Assembly: GCA_963674865.2 (NCBI GenBank)
Contig: CAXXYE010000008.1
Location: 192,001 to 256,000 of the forward strand
Origin: Candidatus Hydrogenedentota bacterium
GTDB lineage: Bacteria; Hydrogenedentota; Hydrogenedentia; Hydrogenedentales; SLHB01
Direction: 5' to 3'
Length of the DNA stretch: 64,000 nucleotides
In this document: in pieces, positions 44,697 through 55,292 of the stretch
Layout of the letters: the number at the start of each line of letters is the position of its first letter
Numbering within the stretch: position 1 is the stretch's first letter
Made by a program: the position numbers and the translations under genes
Notes under the pieces: generated by a model
The model's database searches: none
What the model was told of the DNA's origin: nothing
Seen by the model: the letters and a program-made list of their open reading frames with translations, nothing else

Positions 44697-46154
44697 CTAG
44701 CGCGTGACGGACGAGAACTCCCGCCGGTAGCTCGCTGCCATGGGCGATGTCATGAGGGCCAATAGGGCCAGGCCACTCAGGCAACCGCCCAAGGCTACGC
44801 GAATGAGACATGATCCGGGAATCAAGTGGAGAGCGGCGAAGAGCAGCGCCGCGGGGGTCAAGGCCCACAAGAGTGGCAGGTCGGGCCGGAGACTCTTCTC
44901 CCGGGCCTTCAATATGAGAGACGCTCCGAGGCAGAAGGAGACCTCGGTGAGGGCCGCGATGGCGGCGGCGAAGAAGAAGGGGTGGCGCGGCAGGAGCAGG
45001 ATGTTGGCGCCGAGATTTAGCGCGAAGACGGTGACGCTCAGGCCCAGTAGACTCTTCTCCTGTCCATCCGCCAGTAGCGCGGTGGCGAATACGGGCGTGA
45101 GCCACGCGAAGCAGAAGGCTAGTGCCAGCCACTGAAGCGCGACAACCGCCGAGAGGTCGCCGGCGCCGTATTTGCTGCCGTACAGCAATTCAATGAGGTG
45201 CGGCGCCAAGACGCAGGCCGCCGCGCCGCCGATAGCCCCGATGCCGGCCGCCAGTCGGCATGTGCCCATCACCAGCCTTGCGAACCGCGGCCGATCGGCG
45301 ATGGCCAGGCGGGATAGTTCCGGCACCAAGGGCACCATCAGCACCCATGGCAGGGCGAGTAGCGGCTGAACCGGCCGAAAGGCCGCCGCAAACGCACCGG
45401 CTTCCTCGGCGGGGCGCATGAGCCAAACCAGAAACATGCCGCCCCGCATGTAGAGGTGATAGAAGAGCACCGCCAAGCCTAAGGTGAGAAGCTTGCGGAG
45501 AAACGCCCATATTTCACGGTTGAAGAGGCGGGGGCGAGGCGTGAATCCGAGCACGCGTGACGCGAGAAATCGGTTGCCGACGATGACGCACGCTTCACGC
45601 AGGACGATGAGCAACGCGAAGGATGGCCCTCGCGCGCGCAGAAATAGTAGTCCCGCGCATCCGGCAAGCAAGAGGCCTTGAGTTCCTACGGCGAGCAGGG
45701 TGGGGGCCTTCCAGGCTTGACGCACTTGAAAGGCGGGGAGTACGCCGTTGAGATACATGAAGGCAATCACCGCCGCCGCCGCGCACAGCGCCCAGCGTTG
45801 CCGGCCGTTCTCGTGTCCGAGCGCCATGGCGATACAGGCAAGAGCCAATACCGCGCCCAATAGGGCTCGCCATCCAAGCAATCCCTCGATGATCGTCTTC
45901 TCACGCTCTGGCGCGGCCACCGTCTCCCGTGTGGCGACGTTTCCCATTCCCAGGTCCATGATGTCGCGGCCCAACGCCAGGAGGGTGCTGACGAGCGCGA
46001 AGAAGCCGAAGTCCTGAGGCGGCAGACTGCGCCCGAGCAGGATGGTGATGGCCAATGACAGCGTCAGGACGGCGAGTGTGCCGCCCAGCAGCGTGGCCTG
46101 GCTCCCCTGAACCGTGCCTTTGTTGCGATGGATCGTCTGGGCCGGCTCGCTCAC
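44697..46154 (-). CDS. Wzx-type flippase
   Basis: Multi-TM MOP/PST pattern (LGRSLPPQDFG, DLGM); probable GTG start overlapping the upstream TGA. Confidence 0.8.
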   Translation of the reverse strand: MSEPAQTIHRNKGTVQGSQATLLGGTLAVLTLSLAITILLGRSLPPQDFGFFALVSTLLALGRDIMDLGMGNVATRETVAAPEREKTIIEGLLGWRALLGAVLALACIAMALGHENGRQRWALCAAAAVIAFMYLNGVLPAFQVRQAWKAPTLLAVGTQGLLLAGCAGLLFLRARGPSFALLIVLREACVIVGNRFLASRVLGFTPRPRLFNREIWAFLRKLLTLGLAVLFYHLYMRGGMFLVWLMRPAEEAGAFAAAFRPVQPLLALPWVLMVPLVPELSRLAIADRPRFARLVMGTCRLAAGIGAIGGAAACVLAPHLIELLYGSKYGAGDLSAVVALQWLALAFCFAWLTPVFATALLADGQEKSLLGLSVTVFALNLGANILLLPRHPFFFAAAIAALTEVSFCLGASLILKAREKSLRPDLPLLWALTPAALLFAALHLIPGSCLIRVALGGCLSGLALLALMTSPMAASYRREFSSVTR

Positions 46155-47671
46155 GGATTCCTCGTCTCCTGCTCCGAGTCGCACGGCTCAACGCCGCATC
46201 CTTGCTCTTCCGATGCGGACTGGGGGCGGAACCGGCCGACTACTGAACGATGGAGTTCGCGCAGCCGCTCCAGCGGCACGCCTCCAAGCGTCAGTGCGAG
46301 GCCCAGGTACACGGGCGCTACGAGCATGCCCGCCCAGATGGTTCCCATGATTCCGAGCAGGCGGCACGCCAGCAAGGCCAGGAATGCGCAGAGCACCGTC
46401 ACACAGATTCGTTTCCACTGTAGCCAGACGCCGGCCAGGTACTGACTGATGAGGATCATCGGCACCATTCCCACCACTGCTTCGACGCCCACGTCACCGA
46501 TGGCCGCCCCGAGCCGCCCATGGCGTGGGATGAGCCACGAGAAGGCAGCGGCCTTGCAGATGACTAGGATTATCGTGAGCCATAGCGCCTGATGCTGGCG
46601 CCCAGCCACGATCACCAGGGGCGACATCATGGTGGAGATGCTCCTCGCGATGACGCCGAATGAGAGGATTCGGAGAAGCGTCGCCGCCGCCGCCATCTCC
46701 GGCCCGACGAGGGCAACAAGCCATTCCGCGCTGGCATTGAGGATGCAGAAGAGGCCGGCGCCTATGAGTACGGCCGATTCCAGGGCATGCTGCTGCGTTC
46801 GCTTGAAGTTTGCCGTCGATTCCTTCCAGTAGGTGGCCAAAGGTGTATACACCGTGCCGCTGATGGCCTGGATAATAATGATGACGGGAAACACGAAGCG
46901 CATCGCGCACGAGTAGTAGGCGACATCGCGCATGTCTCCCATCTTCGACAGCATCAGGGGGGCAAGCGTGTCATACGCGCACACCAGCAGGCCTACGAAG
47001 CCCAGCGGCAGGGCCGCCCGGAAGACGCCCCAGCCGTCTTCGCCGCGCATGCGCGGTACGCCGAAGCTCATCTCGCGTCGCCCGAAGAGGACCACGGCGG
47101 CGAAGAAGACGGCGCGAGATAGCGTGTAGCATGCCACGAGGGTGACAACGGACGCATTTGCCGCGCTCGCGAACCATACGGCGGGGGCCATCACGAGTAT
47201 GCCTACGACCTCCCCCGCGACATCTCTTTCCATGCGCATGGTGCACCGGAAGAAGGTTCGCCATATCAGGACGCCGGCGTAGAAGAACAGGCCGAGCCCG
47301 CCGACGATGCCGGCATGTACGATGTGGGCGGGGTAACGGAGGCCGTAGAGCGCCCCGATCAGCAACGCGAACACCGTCACTGCCTGGGCCGCCTTTATCA
47401 CACAGAGGGACGCCAGCAGGACGCCTTGGCGTTCCGGCCGCTGACAGATGGCGCGCACCGCGATGTCGGTGGTGCCGAAGTCCACGAGCCATTCCGCGAT
47501 GAGCAGCACACTCAGGAGCAGGGAATACTCACCGAAGCGCTCCGAGCCGGCCTGCCGGACGATGATTGCGGCAATGCCGAGGCGGGCGGCGCTCAGGAAT
47601 AAACGCCCGGCCATCTGGCTTACGGCGTTCTTGACTATGCTCCAGCCGAGGTTGTGGGGCAGGCCCTTCAT
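46151..47671 (-). CDS. Wzx-type flippase
   Basis: KNAVSQM, FGEYS, DFG, MLSKM...YYS. Confidence 0.82.
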   Translation of the reverse strand: MKGLPHNLGWSIVKNAVSQMAGRLFLSAARLGIAAIIVRQAGSERFGEYSLLLSVLLIAEWLVDFGTTDIAVRAICQRPERQGVLLASLCVIKAAQAVTVFALLIGALYGLRYPAHIVHAGIVGGLGLFFYAGVLIWRTFFRCTMRMERDVAGEVVGILVMAPAVWFASAANASVVTLVACYTLSRAVFFAAVVLFGRREMSFGVPRMRGEDGWGVFRAALPLGFVGLLVCAYDTLAPLMLSKMGDMRDVAYYSCAMRFVFPVIIIIQAISGTVYTPLATYWKESTANFKRTQQHALESAVLIGAGLFCILNASAEWLVALVGPEMAAAATLLRILSFGVIARSISTMMSPLVIVAGRQHQALWLTIILVICKAAAFSWLIPRHGRLGAAIGDVGVEAVVGMVPMILISQYLAGVWLQWKRICVTVLCAFLALLACRLLGIMGTIWAGMLVAPVYLGLALTLGGVPLERLRELHRSVVGRFRPQSASEEQGCGVEPCDSEQETRNP

Positions 47672-49233
47672 TCAGTTGCTGCTTGGCCGGACGGCGCGAG
47701 GACTGGCCTAATGGGCGCCGCGCATCTTTGCGCCGGGGCCTCCGCGGCACGGTTCTCTTGTTCCCGATAGTAAATGGCAACAATCAACGCAGCCACAATC
47801 CAGAACACCCTTCCGCAGGAGGGATTCCGGACGAAGAAGCTGCCTAAGCCGTCCACCATAAGCGCGATGAGGCCGCTCATCAATCCGATGTTCATCGTGT
47901 AGAGCGTCAGATCTCGCACGTTCTTCGCGTTCTTGAAAGCCAGCCAGAGCAGATAGATGTTGAGGGCCAAGAACCATAGGAATCCGATGGTGCCTTGCTC
48001 GGCCCACGTCAGCAGGTAGATGTTGTGAACGACGGGCCAGTTCCTTCCGAATCGTTCCGTCATCTTTTGAGGGCCGGCGTAGCGGGTGTACTTGGGCATA
48101 TTGAAGACGAAGGAGTTCAGGCCGAAGCCCATGATCGGCTTCTCCTTGATCATCTTCCAGGCCACCTGGTTCCACTCATAGCGGAAGCTCAAGGCACCGG
48201 GGTCGCTTTGCGTAAAGCGCTTCACGATGGGCCCGGAAAACGCCAGGGCCGCCACGGCCGTCGCGACGATCAGTCCGGCGCGAACCAGGAAATAGCGCCT
48301 GCGGAGGATCGGATGCATGAAGGAGAGAAGCAGGAGCGAGACAAAGCCAATGGCAAAGGATATCCAGCCCGTTCGGGACAAGGTCAGTAGCAGTGCGGCG
48401 GAGCCTGCGGCGACGGCTACGACGGCCCCTGCCTTGAGGAGCGCGTTGACGCGGCTGAACACGACGGAAAGGCACATGGGAAGCAGTAGCGCAAGATAGG
48501 CGGCCATAAGATTGGGGTGGCCCATCAAGCCGCCCACGCGGAAGACGTTGGATGCCCCTCGGTAGGTGGTTTCGGATGCGTACTTGATGGATTCCTCGGT
48601 GGCCTCTCCTAGGAATTGCAGGCCGAGATTGGCCCGAAACGCAAACTGGATCATGGCCACCATCGACTGAAAAGCGATGCCAATGGCGAGGGCGCTGAAG
48701 ACATGGATGAACTGCTTGGGCCTTTGTACCTCGTTCGCGATGACGAGGAAGAGGACAAGACACTTGAGCATGCGGAACACTTCGTGGCCCGCGATGTGGC
48801 GATACGGCCCGAGGAGCATGTTGAGCATGCCCAGTCCGATCATCGCGCCCCAACAGATAACGAGTCCCGAGGTGCGAATGCGCGGCCGTCGGCCCTCGAA
48901 ATGATCGCGGGCGATATAGAGCACCAGCGGGATCAAGAACAGATCGGCAAGATTGATTGTATAGGCCCCCGCGCCTCCCATGTGTGGTATGGGCATGAAG
49001 TGCTTGCCAAATTCCACCGGCGCGGACAGAACCAGCCCCCACAGAAAGAACAGTCGGGGATTGCCGGACATGTAGAGGCCCACGCAGAGCAGAAAAATGC
49101 CGGCGATCAGTACCGCGGTCGGCTTACTGGTGAGGAACAGGGCAATGATGCCGCCGCCCGCGGCAGCGGCGACAAGCACCGGGAGGAGCGACTGCGTCAG
49201 GAGCAGTTTGGCGGATGGACTCAGGTGTCGCAT
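47668..49233 (-). CDS. O-antigen ligase/Wzy-type polymerase
   Basis: RVGGLMGHPN, TLSRTG, GFGLNSF, VHNIYL..WAEQG. Confidence 0.85.
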   Translation of the reverse strand: MRHLSPSAKLLLTQSLLPVLVAAAAGGGIIALFLTSKPTAVLIAGIFLLCVGLYMSGNPRLFFLWGLVLSAPVEFGKHFMPIPHMGGAGAYTINLADLFLIPLVLYIARDHFEGRRPRIRTSGLVICWGAMIGLGMLNMLLGPYRHIAGHEVFRMLKCLVLFLVIANEVQRPKQFIHVFSALAIGIAFQSMVAMIQFAFRANLGLQFLGEATEESIKYASETTYRGASNVFRVGGLMGHPNLMAAYLALLLPMCLSVVFSRVNALLKAGAVVAVAAGSAALLLTLSRTGWISFAIGFVSLLLLSFMHPILRRRYFLVRAGLIVATAVAALAFSGPIVKRFTQSDPGALSFRYEWNQVAWKMIKEKPIMGFGLNSFVFNMPKYTRYAGPQKMTERFGRNWPVVHNIYLLTWAEQGTIGFLWFLALNIYLLWLAFKNAKNVRDLTLYTMNIGLMSGLIALMVDGLGSFFVRNPSCGRVFWIVAALIVAIYYREQENRAAEAPAQRCAAPIRPVLAPSGQAATE

Positions 49234-49285
49234 GAATATGGCTTATGTCACTCAATGCCGCCGTCAGGATTTCCGTCCGCGTGCG

Positions 49286-50032
49286 CTATTGCTCATGCAA
49301 CATGACAACGCGGAAGTCGGGGATTTGGTTGTCGGCCAAAGCCCGCTGGCATCGCTCCAGGTCCTCAAGCATGGTTACGTTTTCCTGCACGAGGATGAGC
49401 GTCAGATCCATTTGAGAGGCCACGAGGATGTGCCGGGTATCCTTCAGTGCGGGGCCTTGCTGTACAAGCACGTAGTCGAAGCCGCTTGTCGCCTGCTCCA
49501 GGAAGGCACGCACCACCTCCGGCTTGAGAGGCGGGAAGCCGCCCACCGGCGGCCTGCCCGCGGAGATTGCCGACACGCCTCGCCTCGCGGTTGGCGCGAT
49601 TAAGTCCCGCGGCTCACATTGGCCTGTGTAAACAGCGTCCATGAAGCCCGGCGTGTCGAGTAAGCCTAGGGGCGCGCCGGGCCCTCCCGTCCCGAAGGTG
49701 GCATCGATGATGAGGACGCGTGCGTCGAACTCGTCCTGGAGCGCAAAAGCGAGCATGAGAGCGACTTCCGTGTCTGCCTCGATCTCGTGGGATGAGGTAA
49801 GGGCAATGAGGCGTGGCGCCTCATGGGCTTCGAGATCCGTTTGTAGCTGTCTGGCCAGGAATCGATAGGAGCGGGAGGCGGGCTCCTGTGGTTTGAATAA
49901 CTTCATCAGGTGCCGTGTCCACCAGCGGCGCACCAGGGCAACGCCCCGCGGCTTCCCGGTTTCCGGAGCGCGGGCCTCTGTTTCGGCGTCTCGATGCTTT
50001 GATGTTTCGTCGAGGGACACGTTTCGCTCCAT
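49286..50032 (-). CDS. CpsD/Wzc-C-like BY-kinase homologue with degenerate Walker motifs
   Basis: SRSYRFL, IALTSSHEIEADT, VLIIDAT, FDYVLVQQGP. Confidence 0.7.
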   Translation of the reverse strand: MERNVSLDETSKHRDAETEARAPETGKPRGVALVRRWWTRHLMKLFKPQEPASRSYRFLARQLQTDLEAHEAPRLIALTSSHEIEADTEVALMLAFALQDEFDARVLIIDATFGTGGPGAPLGLLDTPGFMDAVYTGQCEPRDLIAPTARRGVSAISAGRPPVGGFPPLKPEVVRAFLEQATSGFDYVLVQQGPALKDTRHILVASQMDLTLILVQENVTMLEDLERCQRALADNQIPDFRVVMLHEQ

Positions 50033-50037
50033 CAGTT

Positions 50038-51654
50038 CTAGCCTCTCGGCCCGGACAAGGAGTAAAGCGTCTCAACGAACTCCTTGTCTCGTCCAACGAT
50101 AGCATATATGGGATCCGCGCCCGCGATGCGTATCCGGCGGCTCACGCGCGCATACAAGACATCCACCAGGAGGGCAAGTCCCACGCCTGCCATCAGTCCT
50201 ATGACGACGGACAGCACGAGGAGAAGCTTTGTCTTTGGCCATACGGGCTTCTCCGGCGGCGTGGCTCGCTCGACCACGCGCATCGAAGGGGGGGCGGACA
50301 ACGCCGTCGCTTCCGAGGCCGCGGCCATCATCAGTTTGTCTTGCAGCAAGATGTACTTCTTCTCGAGGATATCGCGCTCGCGATTCAAATCGCGAGAGGC
50401 CTTCATCTTTTTGGGCACGTCGCCGACGCGGTCCTCCAGGTCTCTTGTCGCCTCAAGTCTTACATCGAGTCCGGCTCGAGCGCCCTTCAGTTCCGATTCC
50501 AGGAGGCCCTTCCGCTGTCGCAGGGTCTCGTACATCTCGTTGATGACTCTGCTGGTTTGGGCCTCCTTCATTTTCTCTTCTTTTTCAAGCAAGTCCTTTA
50601 TGGCCTGTATTTGCGCATCGAGTTCCTCGATTTCCGGTGAATCGGGCCGGAATCGCTCCAGGGCCTGGTTGCGGGATAGCTCGACTTGTGTAAGGCGGTC
50701 GACGAGGGACTCTCGGATGCTGTTCAGTTGAAAGACATGGGAACTGGTGACTTCGGGACTTTCCTTCTTGAGTTGCCGCTCGATTTCCTGCAGGGACTCC
50801 TCAATCGTGGCGACGGCGGACTCGGTTTCGACGACCGACGCCTGCATTTCGAGCCATTGCCCGATCTCGACCTTATCCTTCTCGAAGGTCAAGAGAATGC
50901 TGTTTTCCGTATAGTACTGCTCCATCTCGCGCTCTTTGGCCAGGAGTTCTGTGCGTGCGTTCTCCACTTCGGGGAAAAGACTGTTGTAGGCTTTCTCCGC
51001 TTCCCGTACGTGGCGCATTCGACGCTCCGAGAGGTAGGTCTCGACTAAAGTGTCCGCCACCTGGGCCACTTGCGGTGAAGGCCCGCGGACGATCAGGTTG
51101 CCCACGTTTGTTTCGGGAACGGCATCGAGAACCACGCCGCGCTGGAAGTCGTGGATGGTTCGCGCGTGCTCAATCTCCTCCTCGGTGGGCGCATAGGGGC
51201 TCTTGGGCTTGCGGAGGATCCATTTCTTGACGCGCCGGTAGTTTTTGCCCACCCAGGATTCCGTCCAGAGATAGGCCACGTGGCTCATGAAGGGATGGTA
51301 GACGTCGTCGTAGGTGAGGCCTAGTTCATCGACGACCTTCTCGAGAATCGGGCCGGAAACCATGAGATAGGCTTCGTCGGGGAGATGGTCTTTGCGAAAG
51401 ATGTTCCAGGTGCGATAGAACTCGTCCCGCTGCATGTCTTCGTCGGCGTCGGCCACCACCGTGACAACGCCTTGATATACGGGCGGCCAGATGACGATAT
51501 ACATCACCACGACCGCCACCGTGAGAAGGCAGGTTGCCGCGATGAGCAGCTTGTGGCCGTAGCAGGCCTGCTTGATGCCCTCCCATGACTTGCGGACGTC
51601 AAAGGCGTCCCGCGTTTCACCGTTCCTGTCCGGGGCATGTGTTTCAGCCGTCAC
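50038..51654 (-). CDS. Polysaccharide co-polymerase (Wzz/GumC/Wzc-N)
   Basis: Two TMs around a coiled coil; RVVERATPPEKPVWP. Confidence 0.85.
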   Translation of the reverse strand: MTAETHAPDRNGETRDAFDVRKSWEGIKQACYGHKLLIAATCLLTVAVVVMYIVIWPPVYQGVVTVVADADEDMQRDEFYRTWNIFRKDHLPDEAYLMVSGPILEKVVDELGLTYDDVYHPFMSHVAYLWTESWVGKNYRRVKKWILRKPKSPYAPTEEEIEHARTIHDFQRGVVLDAVPETNVGNLIVRGPSPQVAQVADTLVETYLSERRMRHVREAEKAYNSLFPEVENARTELLAKEREMEQYYTENSILLTFEKDKVEIGQWLEMQASVVETESAVATIEESLQEIERQLKKESPEVTSSHVFQLNSIRESLVDRLTQVELSRNQALERFRPDSPEIEELDAQIQAIKDLLEKEEKMKEAQTSRVINEMYETLRQRKGLLESELKGARAGLDVRLEATRDLEDRVGDVPKKMKASRDLNRERDILEKKYILLQDKLMMAAASEATALSAPPSMRVVERATPPEKPVWPKTKLLLVLSVVIGLMAGVGLALLVDVLYARVSRRIRIAGADPIYAIVGRDKEFVETLYSLSGPRG

Positions 51655-51665
51655 TCTGTCTACTC

Positions 51666-52436
51666 CTACTGAGTGCGCATGATTTCTTCTTGCCTCTCCG
51701 CACTCTCTTGAATTTCCTTAAGGATGGTGAACTGGAAGTACGGGGAAAGGGCCTGGTTGATTCCACCTAAGGGGGTGTTCAGGAAGTCTTCAATGAAGCG
51801 CACGAACTGCGATCGGTGACTTTCGGGAACCACCACCACGTCATCCGCCTGGAGGGGCGTGTTCTGAAGGGCCAGGTAGAAGGATGCCGGGCCGCGTGAG
51901 GAGCGCTCAAGCACGTACGCGCAGAGCCGGCCCTCATCATCCAGCCGGACGATGGCGATACGGCGCTTCGCCCCCGATCTGTTGGCTCCTCCGCATTGTG
52001 CCAGGGCCTGAGCGGCGGTGTGGGCCTCGCGCAGTGGCACGGCGCGAACGGTTCCCACTTCGCCAGCAACGTACACCATGGGCTCGTGCGCCCGCTGGAT
52101 GATTACCGTCACCTCAGGATCTACAAGGCGCTCGGAGTAGCGGCGTGTCAGAAGGTCATCCAGTTCGGTAACCGTGAGGCCTGCCGCCTCGATCCGATCA
52201 AGGACGGGGAGTGAAATGAAGCCGTCATAAAGGACCACGGCCTGCCGCGACAGCTCCGGGTTTCTGTACACGACGACGTCGACTTGATCGCCGGGCGCCA
52301 AGACATATTCCTTGCGGTATCGCTCGGTGGATTGAAACACCTCTGCCTGCGCCGCAAGAGTCGTGTGCGACGCAGTATGAGCACATCCCGACAACCACAG
52401 CGCCAACAGCACCACGCCATATGCGAACGGTCTCAT
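51666..52436 (-). CDS. wza: Polysaccharide export lipoprotein (Wza/OPX)
   Basis: Lipobox LSGC; YVLAPGDQV...DGFISLP; VYVAGEV. Confidence 0.85.
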   Translation of the reverse strand: MRPFAYGVVLLALWLSGCAHTASHTTLAAQAEVFQSTERYRKEYVLAPGDQVDVVVYRNPELSRQAVVLYDGFISLPVLDRIEAAGLTVTELDDLLTRRYSERLVDPEVTVIIQRAHEPMVYVAGEVGTVRAVPLREAHTAAQALAQCGGANRSGAKRRIAIVRLDDEGRLCAYVLERSSRGPASFYLALQNTPLQADDVVVVPESHRSQFVRFIEDFLNTPLGGINQALSPYFQFTILKEIQESAERQEEIMRTQ

Positions 52437-52471
52437 CCGAGTCAAGCCCTCTTCTTTGTATCTGAGTTTAT

Positions 52472-53488
52472 TCATCCGCTGTCGCACTGTTTGGGAGCGG
52501 ACACACCGGGAGGCTCCCAAGGCTCAGGCAGTCCCGGCATCATTCTTCGCAAGCAGCCGGGCAGAAGGAGAAGCAGCGGCACTACCATCCATGTCTTTAC
52601 CGAAAAGGTGTTCTCACGCAATGATTGGACAAGATACCGACGGGCTTCGGCAAGTTTGCCGTCGCGAAGCAGAATCAGAGCCTTGGCGCGGTAGAGCCTG
52701 CCAAGGGTCGTTTTCCGCTGGTGCTCGCTCGCTCCCGAGAAGCGTCGTCGAGCATAGAGTCGAATCATTGTCTCCACGACGAGTCGGTCGTCCATCAGCC
52801 GCGAGTTTCTCAGAGAGCGAGGATGGAAGCGGAAGCCAAGGAGTTCTTCGGAAGTGAACCAGCCCGTGGCGTGTTGCTCTCCAAGGCGAAGGAATATGTT
52901 GTTTTCGAAGGGATAGTTGCCGTGGCAGTCCTCATCGACGAAACCTGCTTTGTCGAGTGCGCTCCGGCGGAACAGCGTGCCTGAAATCGGAGTGAATCCA
53001 CAAGCCATGTGTTGGGAGAGTACGTCGAACAGGCCTGTTTCTTGGCCTATTCGGCCGTGTTGTCGCAGGTAGCGCGCCTTCTCCTCGAGAGATGGTCTGC
53101 CTTGCAGATTCATTGTGAATGGGTTTGCCACAAACAGTGCCGCTGCCGGGTGCTGCTCCAGTACCGCGGTTCCTTTTGCCAGATAATCAGGTTTGAGCAC
53201 GTCATCATCGTGAAGGATCATGAAATAGGGGCAGTCCCCTGACGACTTGAAGAAAAACCGTCCCTGGCCGTATTCACCGACGTTTTCTGCCTGCCTATAG
53301 AACGCGACGCGATCATCCCGCAGGCCATGAATGAATTCTTCCACAGTGCGGGCGGCGCTGTCTTCGCTCTGGTTATCGCTGACGACAATCTTGAAGTCCT
53401 GAAATGTTTGGCTCAGTGCGCTTTTCACCGTCTCCTGAACGAGCACGGGCCGGCTACGCGTTGGTATCCCTATGAAAACCTTCGCCAT
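52472..53488 (-). CDS. Glycosyltransferase family 2
   Basis: IGIPTRSR, VSDNQSED, LHDDD. Confidence 0.88.
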   Translation of the reverse strand: MAKVFIGIPTRSRPVLVQETVKSALSQTFQDFKIVVSDNQSEDSAARTVEEFIHGLRDDRVAFYRQAENVGEYGQGRFFFKSSGDCPYFMILHDDDVLKPDYLAKGTAVLEQHPAAALFVANPFTMNLQGRPSLEEKARYLRQHGRIGQETGLFDVLSQHMACGFTPISGTLFRRSALDKAGFVDEDCHGNYPFENNIFLRLGEQHATGWFTSEELLGFRFHPRSLRNSRLMDDRLVVETMIRLYARRRFSGASEHQRKTTLGRLYRAKALILLRDGKLAEARRYLVQSLRENTFSVKTWMVVPLLLLLPGCLRRMMPGLPEPWEPPGVSAPKQCDSG

Positions 53489-53551
53489 CTAGTCCGGCCC
53501 CGCTCCATTCTCTTCGTATGCTGCTACCTGTTCAAGACGGCAGCTTTTTGC

Positions 53552-54550
53552 CTAGTCGTCCTGTACCTCGGCGCCGTCGCCGGCGAGCACGTCGCGGTAC
53601 CAGTCATAGGTTTCGGCTAGACGCTCATCGAGCGAGGCGCCCGGCGTCCAGCCCAGTTTAGCGCGGGCGCGTTCCGAGGAGAGGTACTGGCGCAGAATCT
53701 CTGCCTTCGCCTGATCCAGCACCACCGGCTGAAGGTCCTCACGCTGGGCGACGCGCAGGATCTTGAGCGTCAGGTCCAGCACGGACACCGGCTCGCCCGC
53801 GCCGAAGTTGAAGGCTTGGCCGTGCAGCGAAGCATCGTCCATCTTCTCGGCGAGCCGCAAGTATCCTTCCGCGATATCCTGGACGTAGACGTAATCTCGA
53901 ACGGGCGATCCGTCACTACGGATAATGGGGCGTTCGCCTTGGAGAACCGACCTCATGGTGCCGGGGACGATTCGGCTGTAGTTCATATCGCCCGGGCCGA
54001 ACAGGTTGCCGCACCGCGTCACGCAGACGGGGGTCTTGTAGGTGTGGTAATAGGCGGCGGCGATCAGATCCGCGCAGCTCTTCGACACATCGTAGGGGTG
54101 CTGCCCTTGGAGTGGGGCATCCTCGTGATACGGGAGGTCGGGCTGATCCCCGTAGGCTTTGTCGCTTGACGCGGCCACGATCCTTGTCACCTGCGGGCAG
54201 CGCCGGCAGGCCTCGATAAGGACCCATGTCCCCTTGATATTACTCTCGAAAGTGGATAGCGGGTTGCGGTTGGCCACTCCTACGATGGCTTGGGCCGCGA
54301 GGTGAAAGACGGTGTCAATTTCGTACTCGCTGAGCGCCCGTTCGACGGTTTCGCCGTCTTCAACGCAGCCGCGGACGACGGCTATCTGCTTCTCCAATCC
54401 CTTCAAGAAGAAAGGGGCCTGCGCCACAACATCTCGCACCAGTCCGACCACATGAGCGCCGCGGCCGACCAATTCGGAGGTAAGCCACCAGCCGAGGAAT
54501 CCGGTGCATCCGGTGACAAAGACCTTGCGATCTTTCCAGAAACCCATCAC
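53552..54550 (-). CDS. rfbG: CDP-glucose 4,6-dehydratase-like
   Basis: FWKDRKVFVTGCTGFLG, SSDKAYG, YDVSK, RCGNLFGPGD. Confidence 0.75.
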   Translation of the reverse strand: MMGFWKDRKVFVTGCTGFLGWWLTSELVGRGAHVVGLVRDVVAQAPFFLKGLEKQIAVVRGCVEDGETVERALSEYEIDTVFHLAAQAIVGVANRNPLSTFESNIKGTWVLIEACRRCPQVTRIVAASSDKAYGDQPDLPYHEDAPLQGQHPYDVSKSCADLIAAAYYHTYKTPVCVTRCGNLFGPGDMNYSRIVPGTMRSVLQGERPIIRSDGSPVRDYVYVQDIAEGYLRLAEKMDDASLHGQAFNFGAGEPVSVLDLTLKILRVAQREDLQPVVLDQAKAEILRQYLSSERARAKLGWTPGASLDERLAETYDWYRDVLAGDGAEVQDD

Positions 54551-55251
54551 GAGCCTTCCTTCACGAGCCAGGGAATGGAGCCATCACTTATGAGGTCCTC
54601 GAATTCCATGACGTCCTTGTAGTTGTCCACCGACTTGAAGAATCCCTTGTGGCGGTAAGCGTACACTCGCCCTTCTTCGATCAGCGCCGGCAGGACCTCG
54701 CGTTCCAGATTGTGGCCGTGCCAGCGATCGAACACCTTGCGGTCGAATACCATGAAGCCCGCGTTGATCCAGTGCTCTTGGATCAGAGGTTTTTCTCGCA
54801 TTTCGTCAACCTTGCCGTCATCTTCAACGGTGAGCACACCATATTGGCTGATGAGCGGCACGGAAGTTATGGAGATCAGGCCGTCGTGGTTGTTGTGGAA
54901 CTCAATGAGTTGCCGCAGGTTCACATCGCAGAAGCCGTCGGCGTAGGTAGCGATGAACAGGTCTCCGACCCTGTCCCTGCAGGAATAGATCCGATCGCCT
55001 GTGTCGGCGTCGTCGCCCGTGTCGACGATGTCGATAGCGGCGCCCAAGTCCTTCCCTTCGAAGTAGTCGTCGATAGCGGCTTTGCCGTATCCCGCAGCCA
55101 GGATGAACTCATGAAAGCCTTGGGCGATGAAGCTCTTTATCACGCGTGTGAGGACGGGCGATCCCTGAAGAGGAAGCATGGGTTTGGGAAGGTAGGTGGT
55201 GAACGGAAACGCCCTGACACCCTTACCCCCGCATAGAATAACGACTTTCAA
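54547..55251 (-). CDS. rfbF: Glucose-1-phosphate cytidylyltransferase-like
   Basis: VVILCGGKG.R, PKPM, VDTG, WINAGF. Confidence 0.78.
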   Translation of the reverse strand: MKVVILCGGKGVRAFPFTTYLPKPMLPLQGSPVLTRVIKSFIAQGFHEFILAAGYGKAAIDDYFEGKDLGAAIDIVDTGDDADTGDRIYSCRDRVGDLFIATYADGFCDVNLRQLIEFHNNHDGLISITSVPLISQYGVLTVEDDGKVDEMREKPLIQEHWINAGFMVFDRKVFDRWHGHNLEREVLPALIEEGRVYAYRHKGFFKSVDNYKDVMEFEDLISDGSIPWLVKEGS

Positions 55252-55292
55252 AGTGGCCTACTTCATCTTTTCGCGACACGCTGCCCGGCACG

